A DNA stretch of 64,000 nt from Clostridia bacterium (GTDB lineage: Bacteria > Bacillota > Clostridia > UBA1381 > UMGS1253): contig JAZQCN010000036.1 in NCBI GenBank assembly GCA_045546315.1, positions 108,329-172,328 of the forward strand, given 5' to 3'. The notes under the pieces were generated by a model that had not been told where the DNA came from, made no database searches, and was given only the letters and a program-made list of their open reading frames with translations. The position numbers and the translations under genes are program-made. Of the stretch, positions 46,647 to 56,815 are shown piece by piece; positions within the stretch are counted from its first letter, which is position 1, and each line of letters begins with the position of its first letter.

Positions 46647-47444
46647 TCAGAATTTGAGAAGGCTTTTAATATACTTTTGCGGCGACAGTCTCGTTTCAGT
46701 TTTGAACACCTTTGAAAAATAGAATTGGTCGCGGTAGCCGCATTTGCCTGCAAGCTCTGCGACATTTACCTCGCCCGCTTCCATCAGTCGTTTTGCATAC
46801 CCGATGCGTAGCGTAGTAACATACTGCGAAAACTTGCATCCCGTCTTTTTTATAAACAGCGAAGAAAGGTATTTTTCGCTGTAAAAGAAGATGCCCGCAA
46901 CCTTTTTCAAAGACATATCCGACATCTGATAATTGTGGTTGATATATTCTAACACAAAATCAATCTTTTCTTTGTGCTTCTGTTGCGCACGCACATCGTT
47001 TAAATACGATAGCGTATGCGTAAAGACGCTTTCTGTCAAAAGATATGCATTGCCCGGATGCACGCGGATGATGGAATCCATCCAGAATTGTAGCACGTGG
47101 TCAAAATCCCGAAACAAAAAGCTTTCTTCACAAACGCCCAAATCCTTTAAAAGCCCCAGGGCACTTTCGCCGTTAAAGCTGATATACAAAAAAGTAAAGT
47201 CGTTGTCCGGCTTTAGCGTATAGCTCTGATAGGGAAATGTAAAAAACAAATCCCCTTTTTTCAGCCGTGTCTCCATGTCACCGGATTTAAACACCGCGCT
47301 CCCCTTGTCTACAAGATGCATACAATAGGTCGGCTTTAAAAATGGCTGCTGCAATCTCTTTATACCGGTTTCATAAACAAAATGTATAAACTGTAGGCTT
47401 TGCTTTACCTCCGTTTGCGGTATAAAATTACATATATCCGTCAT
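46647..47444 (-). CDS. AraC-family transcriptional regulator
   Basis: ORF 46647-47474. ATG at 47442-47444 follows AAGGAG. HTH region ..YLSSLFIKKTGCKFSQYVTTLRIGYAKRLM... Confidence 0.8.
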   Translation of the reverse strand: MTDICNFIPQTEVKQSLQFIHFVYETGIKRLQQPFLKPTYCMHLVDKGSAVFKSGDMETRLKKGDLFFTFPYQSYTLKPDNDFTFLYISFNGESALGLLKDLGVCEESFLFRDFDHVLQFWMDSIIRVHPGNAYLLTESVFTHTLSYLNDVRAQQKHKEKIDFVLEYINHNYQMSDMSLKKVAGIFFYSEKYLSSLFIKKTGCKFSQYVTTLRIGYAKRLMEAGEVNVAELAGKCGYRDQFYFSKVFKTETRLSPQKYIKSLLKF

Positions 47445-47534
47445 ATGCCCCACTCCTTTTCTCCAGTGTAGCAAAAAATCTGTAAATAAGCAAGAAAATA
47501 TGGCTTTTTTGCATTTGAAAATGGTTTTTTTACA

Positions 47535-47562
47535 TTCACAAGCACTATGAATATGCTATAAT
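47535..47562 (+). promoter_or_regulatory. promoter candidate for the oxidoreductase gene 47601
   Basis: TTCACA (47535-47540), 16 nt, TGcTATAAT (47554-47562). Confidence 0.45.
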
Positions 47563-47600
47563 GGTATTAACAAACAATCGTACAAAGGAGTAATTCTATT

Positions 47601-48743
47601 ATGAAAGAAATCAGACTTGGTGTGGTCGGTCTCGGCCACCGTGGCAGAGCTATGGTGAAGCTCGCCGCTTGCTTTAAGCAGGTAAGGATTGCTACCGCCT
47701 GCGACATATTACCGCATAACTGGTATGCCCAGCAATGGCTTTCAGACAAGCCGCTTGCGGAAATGTTTCCGGAGGCTGCATTTTACGAGGATTATGACAA
47801 GATGCTTTCCGAAGCAAATTTGGATGCCGTCATCGTCGAAACCGGCGCAGACATTCACGCCGCATTTTGCGTAAAGGCACTTGAAAAGAACATAAACGTG
47901 CTCTCGGACATTCCGAATGTTGCAAATCTGCAGGAAGCAGAGGATTTGTGGAAGGCAGCGGAGGCGAGCGAGGCAAAGATTTGCACGGGAGCAAACCCGA
48001 ACTTCCAGAAATTCGCAGTTTTGCTCAAGGATTTTTACAACAAAGGTCTTTTGGGCAAACCGTACTGTATGGAAGCAGAATACATTCACTGGAATCTGCC
48101 TACATCTGTCGAGCATAAACACTTAACCGAAAACGGCGACTGGCGCAAGCTGCTAAAGCCGATTCGCTACTGCACCCATTCCTTAGGTCCGCTGTTAACC
48201 ATTCTGGAAGAGGATTTAAGAAAAGTATCCTGCTTCGGCACCGGAAAACACGGCCCTGCCGAGGACTATGCCGACACAGATAAAGACGATATGATGTGCG
48301 CACAATTCCAGACAGAGTCCGGCGTGGTTGTCCGCCTGATGCGCAACGGCAGATGCCGCGCAAAAATCGGGCATCACAACTACAGAGTCTTCGGCTCGGA
48401 AGGCTATATGGAAAGAATAGAGCGTTGCGGTACGCCTATAATTCGCTATAATTCTATGAAAGAGCTTGACATCAAGTGCAAGGAAATCGGCGGCGAATTT
48501 ATGCCACCTGCTTACGCAAATGATCCGGAGGCAAAGGCGAGCGGCCACGGCGGCATCGACTATGCAATGATGGATAACTTCGTGAAAGAGCTTATCGAAG
48601 GCAAGAGCGAAAGCGTTACCTTGCGAGAAGGCTTGGCTATGACGCTCCCGGGCATTTATGCAGAGGAATCCGCAAAGCGCGGCGGCGCAGTTTTAACGAT
48701 GTACTATCCGTGGGACAAAGAGTGGTCGGCAACGATTAAATAA
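47601..48743 (+). CDS. Gfo/Idh/MocA-family NAD(P)-dependent oxidoreductase
   Basis: 380 aa. N-terminal Rossmann motif IRLGVVGLGHRGRAM. AAAGGAG RBS. Confidence 0.8.
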   Translation: MKEIRLGVVGLGHRGRAMVKLAACFKQVRIATACDILPHNWYAQQWLSDKPLAEMFPEAAFYEDYDKMLSEANLDAVIVETGADIHAAFCVKALEKNINVLSDIPNVANLQEAEDLWKAAEASEAKICTGANPNFQKFAVLLKDFYNKGLLGKPYCMEAEYIHWNLPTSVEHKHLTENGDWRKLLKPIRYCTHSLGPLLTILEEDLRKVSCFGTGKHGPAEDYADTDKDDMMCAQFQTESGVVVRLMRNGRCRAKIGHHNYRVFGSEGYMERIERCGTPIIRYNSMKELDIKCKEIGGEFMPPAYANDPEAKASGHGGIDYAMMDNFVKELIEGKSESVTLREGLAMTLPGIYAEESAKRGGAVLTMYYPWDKEWSATIK

Positions 48744-48755
48744 AGCAAAAGCTAC

Positions 48756-48789
48756 AAAAATGGAGTTGCAATTTTGCAACTCCATTTTT
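48756..48789. terminator. bidirectional terminator between convergent oxidoreductase genes
   Basis: AAAAATGGAGTTGCaattttGCAACTCCATTTTT. Confidence 0.7.
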
Positions 48790-48816
48790 ATATGAATCTC
48801 CGTTTTGCGCTGTCCC

Positions 48817-50076
48817 TTAATAAATCGAAACGCTTTCGTCGATACAAACCTCATCCAAGCAATATTTACCGCGCACAATCGCTTCTCTGCAAAGCCATTT
48901 GCCCTTCGTAAAGTCCGGCACCTCTACCGGTGCACCACCCTTGGCAATGGAAGCCTCGGAAAGCGGTGCAATCGCCATCCATGTCGCCGTATCATACGCA
49001 TCAATCGGTGTGTTTGTACCCTGCTTCACCGCTTCGATAAATGCACGGCACACAAGCCAGTCCATACCACCATGGCCGGCTCTTTCGCCCAGTGCAACAT
49101 ACTCTTTGTGGAGTGGATGGTCGTATGTCTTGTACATTTCTTCTTCGTTGTTTTCAACGCCCTCTTCCATACCTTCGAAGTAGAGAACCTTTCTTTCTTC
49201 GGTATACATGCCTTTGGAGCCTCTCACCGTAAAGTTTCTGCTGTAATATGGTCTTGGCAATGTGGTATCCAGGCATAGATGAATCGTCTCACCACCGGCG
49301 CAGGTAATCACGGTTGTGATAATATCGCCCTGCTTGTAGTCCATATTGGCATACGGACTGTCTGCACCCAAAATGGTTTTTGCCGCTTCCTTTAAACCTG
49401 CACTACGCGATGCAAACGACGAAAGTGTCAGCATCTTATTGCCGCGGTTAATATTTAATACCTTCGAAATCGGACCAAGTTCGTGGGTCGGATACTGCTC
49501 ACAATTTCTTTTAATATACGACTCAAGTCTGTAGTGTTTATATTCGTCACCTACATCCTTAAACAGCTCGCACTCCGGTAAGTTATGGTGATAACCGCCG
49601 GCACAGTGCACCACCTCGCCGAACAGGCCTTCCTTCACGAGCTTTAATGCCATCATCTCTCTGCGTCCATAGCAACAGTTTTCCAGCATCATCAGCGGCA
49701 CCCCTGTTTTTTCATAGGTATCTACCAAGTCGTAGCACTCCTGCAAATCGAATGCACACCCTACTTCAATGCCGGTATATTTGCCCGCCTTCATCGACTC
49801 AATCGCGATGGCGCTTCTGCCTTCCCAACACGTCATAACAAACACCGCATCAATATCCGGATTTTTCAAAATATCGTGATAATCCGTCGTCAGAATCGGC
49901 TCCGGCAACCCCTTTTCGACAATCATAACCTTCGCTTTTTCCAGATGCGGTGCATAACCGTCGCAAAGCGCCGTGATTTCCACATCCTTCATCTCGCTGA
50001 GACATTTGTCCAAAACAGAATAGCCTCTTCTGCCCAAACCAATATAACCAATCTTAATTTTTTCTTTCATTTTCAT
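48817..50076 (-). CDS. Gfo/Idh/MocA-family oxidoreductase (GH109-like architecture)
   Basis: 419 aa. N-terminal IKIGYIGLGRRGYSVL. Long C-terminal alpha/beta domain. Confidence 0.7.
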   Translation of the reverse strand: MKMKEKIKIGYIGLGRRGYSVLDKCLSEMKDVEITALCDGYAPHLEKAKVMIVEKGLPEPILTTDYHDILKNPDIDAVFVMTCWEGRSAIAIESMKAGKYTGIEVGCAFDLQECYDLVDTYEKTGVPLMMLENCCYGRREMMALKLVKEGLFGEVVHCAGGYHHNLPECELFKDVGDEYKHYRLESYIKRNCEQYPTHELGPISKVLNINRGNKMLTLSSFASRSAGLKEAAKTILGADSPYANMDYKQGDIITTVITCAGGETIHLCLDTTLPRPYYSRNFTVRGSKGMYTEERKVLYFEGMEEGVENNEEEMYKTYDHPLHKEYVALGERAGHGGMDWLVCRAFIEAVKQGTNTPIDAYDTATWMAIAPLSEASIAKGGAPVEVPDFTKGKWLCREAIVRGKYCLDEVCIDESVSIY

Positions 50077-50191
50077 TTCTCCTTGACGTAAGCTTTAACA
50101 TATGTTATCTTGATTATACAGAAGCAATTTTGATACTTCAATGTTTAAATAGATATATAAATTATCGTTTCAGACAGTATGGTGATTGAAG

Positions 50192-50992
50192 ATGCATCCG
50201 ATTGACGAAAAATTCCATATCAATAATATCTCCAAAAGCATTTTGGACAGAGTGTTTGACAAAACATTTTCTTTCGAAGGCGAAGCGCATGACTTTTGGG
50301 AGATTGTATACGTTGTCAGCGGCAAAATCGAAGTGGCAGAGAACGAAAACATCTACATTTTAAGCGAAGGGGATATGATTTTTCATGCGCCGATGGAATT
50401 TCATAAAATCTGTGCGACGGACGATACTGCTCCGCATGTCCTCAATATGAGCTTTACCGCCGTCGGCGACTTGCCGTCAAAGCTGAAAGACGGGCTTTTT
50501 CATCTCAATACAGATGAGCAAAGCACCTATATAAAGCTTTTCGAATTTGTAAAAGACAATTTAATCAAGACAAAATCACCCGCTCCCTATACAGCGCAGG
50601 AGGCGGCATACAGATTGGCAGTCTTTCTCTTGCATCTTTGTCATTCCACGCAAACGCGCGAAGCCTTCTCCTCGACAGCCTCCGCTCTGACCTATAAAGC
50701 GCTGGTGCATTTGATGCAACAAGAGGTCCGCAATAATTTATCTGTGAAGGATTTCGCAGAAAAAAGCTTTATCAGCATCAGCTATATCAAGCTTCTCTTT
50801 CGACATTATGCCGGCATCAGTCCTAAAACATATTACAACAATTTGCGCATCCTCGAAGCTAAGCATCTGCTCTCCTTCGGCTATTCCGTAACCGAAACGG
50901 CAAGTCGGATGAATTTTTCTTCGCCGAACAATTTCGTTCGCTTTTTTAAAACGTACACATCCGTCACACCGTATCAATACAAGAAAAATTAA
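50192..50992 (+). CDS. AraC-family transcriptional regulator
   Basis: ORF 50186-50992 (TTG); the first ATG is at 50192. HTH ..SISYIKLLFRHYAGISPKTYYNNLRILEAKHLL... Confidence 0.8.
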   Translation: MHPIDEKFHINNISKSILDRVFDKTFSFEGEAHDFWEIVYVVSGKIEVAENENIYILSEGDMIFHAPMEFHKICATDDTAPHVLNMSFTAVGDLPSKLKDGLFHLNTDEQSTYIKLFEFVKDNLIKTKSPAPYTAQEAAYRLAVFLLHLCHSTQTREAFSSTASALTYKALVHLMQQEVRNNLSVKDFAEKSFISISYIKLLFRHYAGISPKTYYNNLRILEAKHLLSFGYSVTETASRMNFSSPNNFVRFFKTYTSVTPYQYKKN

Positions 50993-50994
50993 AA

Positions 50995-51271
50995 GGCGCC
51001 TTCACTTAGGGATACAACGGTTTTAGCCGGCAATTTACCGAAAACAGTTCACAAAAAATCCGCATTATACGCGAGTATGATGCGGATTTTTATGTTCCTC
51101 TTTTCGACAAAATTTCTCATCTAAAACTGCCAAAGGCACCTTAAAGGGTAATAGTTTGGATAAAGAGCAAGGCAAAAACGACCGACATCCTCGCGGATCT
51201 CGGTCGTTTTTAACGCAGCTATTTGCCAAAATATTGCTTTTTAAGGCGTTTTATCCCTAAGCGAAGACGCC
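50995..51271. repeat. about 277-bp intergenic module bounded by a 20-bp imperfect inverted repeat, containing two strong hairpins
   Basis: GGCGCCTTCACTTAGGGATA (50995-51014) versus TATCCCTAAGCGAAGACGCC (51252-51271), 18/20 complementary. Internal terminator-like hairpins lie at 51053-51091 and 51174-51211. Confidence 0.6.
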
Positions 51272-51312
51272 CAAGCTTCTGCTTTCTTTTCAGAAAACAG
51301 AAGCTTTTTCAC

Positions 51313-52512
51313 TTACATCTCAATTAAATATAACTGCATCATACCCGGTGCATAGCCGTTATCGGAAGCGTAGAGGATATATTTATTGTCCCAGCTCCAG
51401 GTCGGGTGGCAATGCGCGCCCGGTCCGTACCAGCCGTTGTTGTGTACGGCGAGGGTTTCAATCGTCGGCTTGTCGGTGGAAATATCCATCAGCACAATAT
51501 CATTGACCGCATCGGCAACGAGCAGTGTGTTTTCCTTGTTTGCATGGTAGTGGTTGCAGTAATACGGCAGCTCTAACTCACGCAGCACCCTGCCGGATTT
51601 ATCTGCAAAGCCGACACGCGGAATCGCGTCCGGACCGTCGTGCGAAACGGTCACCGCCTGCGTCTTATCCGAGGTAATTGTACCGTCGTGCCCTACGCCG
51701 CGGTTGTCGTAGAAGATAAGACCATCGCGCGTCCAGAACTCGTGCCCGATGCTGTCGTCCTGCTTTTGGCGCACACAAGGCTTTATCTGTCTTGTGATGG
51801 TGTTTAACAGCCAGATGCGCTGCTGCACATAGTTCCACGGACCTTCGTGGCAGAAGGAAATATACTCGTTGGTATCCGGCGCAAACTGCACATGCCCTAC
51901 CCAATGCGTGTCCTCATACAAAATCCAGCCGCCGCTGCCGTCCATAGCGGCAATCGCAACTGCACCGCGCTTCTGCCCGTAGAAACGGTCTAAAAAACCG
52001 TCATAGTTGCTTACTTTAAACGCGCGGTCATATTCCGGCACCTCGTTGAGCGCAATGACAACATAGCGGTTGTCAAAGCTCACATTCGGGCTGGAAATCG
52101 TAAAACCGACCGGCGCGCGGTACAAAAGGCGGTACTCGCCCGTCGAGCGCACAAAAGCGTGCAAATCGCCGTTATACGTAAAGATAATATACTCGCCATC
52201 TCTGCTTTTCGAGCCGCCGGCAATTTTGCAGCCTTTGCCGAAGTGCGCTTCAAAATCCGTCAGCTGTGTGCTTTCGCCGGTTTCGATATTCATCGCATAA
52301 TAGTTGATGACATCGGTTTGCCCACCTTCGGCATACGGCGAAGTTTCCGAATGTGTGTAGATGATTTCCTTGCCGTCCTCGGTAAAGGAATTTTCCGTAA
52401 AATAATAGTGATAGTTTCTGCCGGAACTTGTCAGCTTAATAATTTTTCTGCCGCTCTTTTCGTCGATATAGCTTTGCTTTTGCGGCGCAATTTTCCTGCC
52501 CATATTTGACAT
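51313..52512 (-). CDS. oligogalacturonate-lyase-like (PL22-like) beta-propeller protein, paralog 2
   Basis: ORF 51313-52521. ATG at 52510-52512 is preferred (9 nt after GGAGG). Shares blocks HVQFAPDTNE, CHEGPWN, GHEFWTRDGL, YCNHYHAN and C-terminal QLYLIEM with 38215-39378. Confidence 0.6.
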   Translation of the reverse strand: MSNMGRKIAPQKQSYIDEKSGRKIIKLTSSGRNYHYYFTENSFTEDGKEIIYTHSETSPYAEGGQTDVINYYAMNIETGESTQLTDFEAHFGKGCKIAGGSKSRDGEYIIFTYNGDLHAFVRSTGEYRLLYRAPVGFTISSPNVSFDNRYVVIALNEVPEYDRAFKVSNYDGFLDRFYGQKRGAVAIAAMDGSGGWILYEDTHWVGHVQFAPDTNEYISFCHEGPWNYVQQRIWLLNTITRQIKPCVRQKQDDSIGHEFWTRDGLIFYDNRGVGHDGTITSDKTQAVTVSHDGPDAIPRVGFADKSGRVLRELELPYYCNHYHANKENTLLVADAVNDIVLMDISTDKPTIETLAVHNNGWYGPGAHCHPTWSWDNKYILYASDNGYAPGMMQLYLIEM

Positions 52513-52650
52513 GATTTGCATCCTCCCTGCGCTACCGTTTTTATTATAGCTTCGTTATAACACAACCATTTTTCAAAGTCAAGGTGTGCGTTCATATTTT
52601 GCTAATAATTGAGCAAATCGTACAATAGCGCAGGCGAATCGTGTCAAACA

Positions 52651-54528
52651 TTATTTTTTAAGGCGCAGTAAAAAGCTGTAGTCAATTTCCGGAATCACGA
52701 TACTGCCATTTTCTACATGCAGTTCCGTTTCGCCCTCCGGCGTAATCAGGCGCGCCGCTTTGAACGGAAGGGCAATATCCAGCTTCTGATTTATAAACTT
52801 TTTGTAGTGCATACTGTTGTTGCATACAGTAACGAAATAATAGTCCTCGCCTTCGATGACTTTTGCAAACAGATGCCGGTTGTTCGTCTGCACCATCGGT
52901 GTTAAATCGTGCATTTCTACAATATCGTCGATTTCCCAAGCGCCCTCAAACTCGTCGCAGGTTTCGTTCTTTTTCGGCTTTTTGGAATTGATGTAGCCAA
53001 AGGTGTTGATTGTACCAAAGGATACCCTGCGGTCTGTATAATATACCTCGCCGCCGTTTTGAACGAAAGCTTCAACCAGTGCACGCTCCTCTTCGGAAAG
53101 AAAATCAAGCATTGGCACAAACAAAACCTTTACGCCGAATTGATTCTCCGCAAGATGCTCTGCGCGCATAAAGTCGACCTGCAGCTTCTTGCGCATCAGC
53201 TGCGTATAAATCACGATGCTTTCCTTTTGCCAAACATTGATGCCGCCGGCATCGAGATTTGCGAGCGCTTCGCCGGTGCTGCAGCCGTAATCAGAGTGCA
53301 AAATCGCAACGCCGTTGTGGGTGCGCTTGGCAAGCGCAAGCTCTGTAGAATACTTATTGATAATCGGCAACAGCTTCATTTTTTCGTCAAACTCAAGGCC
53401 CTTTGTGCCGTCATAGTGTAAAAAGCCGCAGTTGTCCGGCAGCGGTGTACCCTCATACGGATAGTCACCGCGCCACTCATAGTAGCAAAGTCCCTTAAAG
53501 CCTGCACCAAGTGCAACATAGCTTTGCGCAAACAGCTTGCGCGCCGGCATCTTCATTCTTGCGTCTGCCTCAATCAGCCACGCCGGCTTGTTGTCAAGCT
53601 CTGCCGCACACGCACAGATGTCTAAAACGCACGTACCGGTATACATATCGGAGCCGACAAAATTTGCATAGCTTGTCAGACCGAGGATGTCCATTGTATC
53701 GCCAAAGTAGGAAACACCGTGCCCGACACGCTTATTTGCGGTTTCTGCCGAGGTAAAACAAGTGTAGGTTCCGAGACGCGGTGTCTGCTGCTTTGCAGCA
53801 TTTGCGGTTGCATTTAAAAAGTCGGACATCGACTGCATTGCAAACAAATTCCAGCGATTCCATTCCGGCAACTCCTCTTTACAAACCGGTTTTTCCGTCG
53901 GCGGCATATAATTTTCTGCCTCAGCCTCTGTCATATAGCCTTGCGCTACCGCATATTTGCGGTAAGCTTCAATCGCCATCGGGTGATAGTCAAATCTACC
54001 GTTGCCCGGATAATGCGGCTCGTTGTATATCTGATAGGAAACCATAGAATTGAATTCGGCAAAATGCGCCGCCAATGCCTTGGTCACCTTTTCGTTGTCT
54101 TTTAATATACCCTTATGATGCAGGCAAAACTCTAAAAACACGGACCATTTTTTCTCAAGCGGCTCGCCGCGGTGGTTTCGCATCTCGTAGTCCGTGTTGC
54201 CGCTCAAATTCGTTACATAGCCGTTTAAGCGAACACTGCAGGCGATATCGCGCTTTTCACATTCCAGCGCCATCGCATCAATAAAGTCGGTTTGAACGGA
54301 TACCTCACCGTTTTCGTCTAACCCAAGCTCGCCGATGGCAGCCGTACGCAAAAAGTTAAAGCCGCAGTCCTGCATCAGCTTTAAATCCTTTTCCATTTCT
54401 CCGATGCGGTCGCCCTCCGGCGGCACCTGAAACTTTGCCTTGTGGAAGGACGGATAGTACGATGCGCCAAGGGCAATTTTCGCAACGCCGTCCTTGTGCA
54501 GTATACCTTTTTTGATTTCGTATGCCAT
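52651..54528 (-). CDS. clan GH-A TIM-barrel glycosidase, GH42-like (cytoplasmic)
   Basis: 625 aa. N-terminal ..YYPSFH...DLKLMQDCGFNFLRT... Acid/base-type motif QIYNEPHYPG. No signal peptide. Confidence 0.45.
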   Translation of the reverse strand: MAYEIKKGILHKDGVAKIALGASYYPSFHKAKFQVPPEGDRIGEMEKDLKLMQDCGFNFLRTAAIGELGLDENGEVSVQTDFIDAMALECEKRDIACSVRLNGYVTNLSGNTDYEMRNHRGEPLEKKWSVFLEFCLHHKGILKDNEKVTKALAAHFAEFNSMVSYQIYNEPHYPGNGRFDYHPMAIEAYRKYAVAQGYMTEAEAENYMPPTEKPVCKEELPEWNRWNLFAMQSMSDFLNATANAAKQQTPRLGTYTCFTSAETANKRVGHGVSYFGDTMDILGLTSYANFVGSDMYTGTCVLDICACAAELDNKPAWLIEADARMKMPARKLFAQSYVALGAGFKGLCYYEWRGDYPYEGTPLPDNCGFLHYDGTKGLEFDEKMKLLPIINKYSTELALAKRTHNGVAILHSDYGCSTGEALANLDAGGINVWQKESIVIYTQLMRKKLQVDFMRAEHLAENQFGVKVLFVPMLDFLSEEERALVEAFVQNGGEVYYTDRRVSFGTINTFGYINSKKPKKNETCDEFEGAWEIDDIVEMHDLTPMVQTNNRHLFAKVIEGEDYYFVTVCNNSMHYKKFINQKLDIALPFKAARLITPEGETELHVENGSIVIPEIDYSFLLRLKK

Positions 54529-54542
54529 GGAAATCTCTCCTT

Positions 54543-54636
54543 TGTATTATTTTATCATTGCAAAAACAATTATAACAAAGGAGTTTTAAAAACAAAATAG
54601 AATATATTATTATATAAAATGTATTATTTTATCATT
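54543..54636. promoter_or_regulatory. pair of perfect 17-bp direct repeats in a divergent promoter region (AraC-type operator candidate)
   Basis: TGTATTATTTTATCATT occurs at 54543-54559 and again at 54620-54636, same orientation, 77 bp start-to-start. Confidence 0.55.
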
Positions 54637-54653
54637 TATCGAGGTGAGGACAA

Positions 54654-55385
54654 ATGCAGCTGCTTGTATCCATAAAGGTGTACAGAGAAAAATTTGTCGA
54701 GGAGCAGTTTTGCACGACGGACGATATTTTTGCGCTGGTCAAATCCGGCAGCTTTTCCTACGAAACCGAAAACGAGAGCTATATCGTTTCTGCAAACGAG
54801 GGTGCACTTTTCAAAGCAGGTGTGCCGGGTGTAAAGAAAGTGCTTTCACCGGTGACGATGTTTCTGTTTCGCTATAAAAATGAGCATTCACTGTTTCAGC
54901 ACAAAAAAATTGTGTTCGAGGATACGGCGCGCATGCAGTCAACCCTGCGGATGCTGGACAGCTTGTCCGACTACACGATGCCGGATGCCTTTGATTTTTG
55001 GTTTTCGCTGTTTAACGACATCGTTACGCAGTACCGCATAGAAAACAGCCAGAAAGAACTGCCCAATGACGAGGTTATACTGCGCGCAGCCAAAAGCTTG
55101 CAGGCGCATTACCACGAAAAGCTGGATTTAACGGAAGTCGCAAAGCGGTGCAATTTATCCTATCCGCAATTCATCCGCCGCTTTAAAAAAGCTATGCGCG
55201 TCACGCCGTCGGATTATGTAACGGCATTGCGATTCAACAAAGCCAAAGCACTTTTAACCGATTCGAAGTTGCAAATCCGCGAGATTGCTTTTGCCTGCGG
55301 TTTTGAAAGCGAATACTATTTCAGCAAGTTTTTCAAAAAACACATCGGCGTTTCCCCCGCTTACTTCAGAAAAACAACTATGTAA
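54654..55385 (+). CDS. AraC-family transcriptional regulator
   Basis: 243 aa. HTH ..LSYPQFIRRFKKAMRVTPSDYVTALRFNKAKALL... GAGGTGAGG RBS. Confidence 0.8.
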   Translation: MQLLVSIKVYREKFVEEQFCTTDDIFALVKSGSFSYETENESYIVSANEGALFKAGVPGVKKVLSPVTMFLFRYKNEHSLFQHKKIVFEDTARMQSTLRMLDSLSDYTMPDAFDFWFSLFNDIVTQYRIENSQKELPNDEVILRAAKSLQAHYHEKLDLTEVAKRCNLSYPQFIRRFKKAMRVTPSDYVTALRFNKAKALLTDSKLQIREIAFACGFESEYYFSKFFKKHIGVSPAYFRKTTM

Positions 55386-55431
55386 AAACAAAAAATGGTG
55401 CAACCTGAATGGTTGCACCGTTTTGATTTGT

Positions 55432-56814
55432 TTATAATGTTACGCCGTTTTTGAAAATGGCAATTTCTCGATAGCCGTTTTCTTCGTTTCTTGTCTTCTT
55501 GCCTTCTGCGACGGAAATGATGTAGTTATAAAAATCTGCATCCAGATCCTTGCCGTCTAACAGCGCACCTGCATTGTAGTCGATCCAGTTTGCCTTCTTC
55601 TCGGCAAGCGGTGTGTTCGTCGAAATCTTCACCGTCGGGCATACGCCGGCAAACGGTGTACCGCGACCTGTTGTAAAGAGCACCATATGGCAGCCGGAGG
55701 CGATTAAGTTCGTTACCGCAACCATATCGTTGCCCGGACCGTACAAAAGATTTAAGCCGCACTTCACTGCCGGCTCGGCGATGTCGAGTGCATCGACAAC
55801 CGGGGCACTGCCGCCCTTTTGTACACAGCCGAGAGATTTTTCCTCGAGCGTGGTAATGCCGCCCGCCTTATTGCCCGGCGACGGATTTTCGTAAATCGGC
55901 TGCCCGTAGGCAATAAAGTAGTCCTTATAGCGGTTAATCATATGAACTGTTTTTTCAAAAATGTGTTCATCCACACAGCGGTTCATTAAGATGGTTTCCG
56001 CGCCGAACATTTCCGGCACTTCGCTTAAAACAGCAATACCGTTTTCTGCGGTAAAGCGGTCGCAGAATCTGCCGACGAGCGGATTTGCCGTTACGCCGGA
56101 AAGCCCGTCCGAGCCGCCGCACTTTAAACCAATTTTCAGCTTCGATACCGGAATCGGCTCGCGCTTCTGCTTTTTCGCTTCCTCGGCAAGTGCGCGAAGG
56201 ATTTCCACACCCTCTGCAATTTCGTCTTTGCTGTCCTGCGCATTTAAGAAACGGATATTTGTACCCTCTGTGTCGCCGAGCACCTTTGCAAACTCACCCA
56301 AGTGGTTGTTTTCACAGCCGAGACCCAATACCAACACGCCGAACGCATTCGGGTGTCCGCAAAGGGATGCAAGCACCTTCTGCGTGGTTTCGTGATCGCC
56401 GCCGAGCTGCGAGCAGCCGTACGGATGCACAAACGCATAGGTATCTTCAAAAAAGCTTCTTGCCTTTTCCGCAATTTTTTCTGCCGCACCGTTGATGCAG
56501 CCAACTGTCGGGATAATCCAGAGCTCGTTACGGATTGCAGCCTCACCGTTTTGACGAAGGTAGCCCATAAAAGTCGGTGTTTCCTTATGTACCACTTCAA
56601 ATTCCGGTGCATAGGTATATTCAAGCTTGCCCTCAAGACCGGTTTTTACATTGTGGCTGTGCACATGCTCGCCCTCGGTAATATCCGCCGTAGCGACACC
56701 GATCGGAAAGCCGTACTTGATGACCTTTTCGCCTGCTTTGATGGCGCAGGCAGCATATTTATGACCGCTTGTCACATCGACAAGCACATTGTCCTTTTCA
56801 TGAATTTTCAGCAT
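55432..56814 (-). CDS. uxaA: altronate dehydratase (UxaA family hydro-lyase)
   Basis: 460 aa. N-terminal SAF domain MLKIHEKDNVLVD...IKAGEKVIKYGFPIG and a C-terminal UxaA-type domain. Adjacent to uxaB. Confidence 0.8.
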   Translation of the reverse strand: MLKIHEKDNVLVDVTSGHKYAACAIKAGEKVIKYGFPIGVATADITEGEHVHSHNVKTGLEGKLEYTYAPEFEVVHKETPTFMGYLRQNGEAAIRNELWIIPTVGCINGAAEKIAEKARSFFEDTYAFVHPYGCSQLGGDHETTQKVLASLCGHPNAFGVLVLGLGCENNHLGEFAKVLGDTEGTNIRFLNAQDSKDEIAEGVEILRALAEEAKKQKREPIPVSKLKIGLKCGGSDGLSGVTANPLVGRFCDRFTAENGIAVLSEVPEMFGAETILMNRCVDEHIFEKTVHMINRYKDYFIAYGQPIYENPSPGNKAGGITTLEEKSLGCVQKGGSAPVVDALDIAEPAVKCGLNLLYGPGNDMVAVTNLIASGCHMVLFTTGRGTPFAGVCPTVKISTNTPLAEKKANWIDYNAGALLDGKDLDADFYNYIISVAEGKKTRNEENGYREIAIFKNGVTL

Positions 56815-56815
56815 A

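Noticed and set aside
51273-51306. Hairpin AAGCTTCTG...CAGAAGCTT as the terminator of PL22-like paralog 2
   Set aside because: On the minus strand, the gene's sense, no U-tract follows the hairpin. The T-run is on the plus strand only. It is left unassigned inside the intergenic module description.
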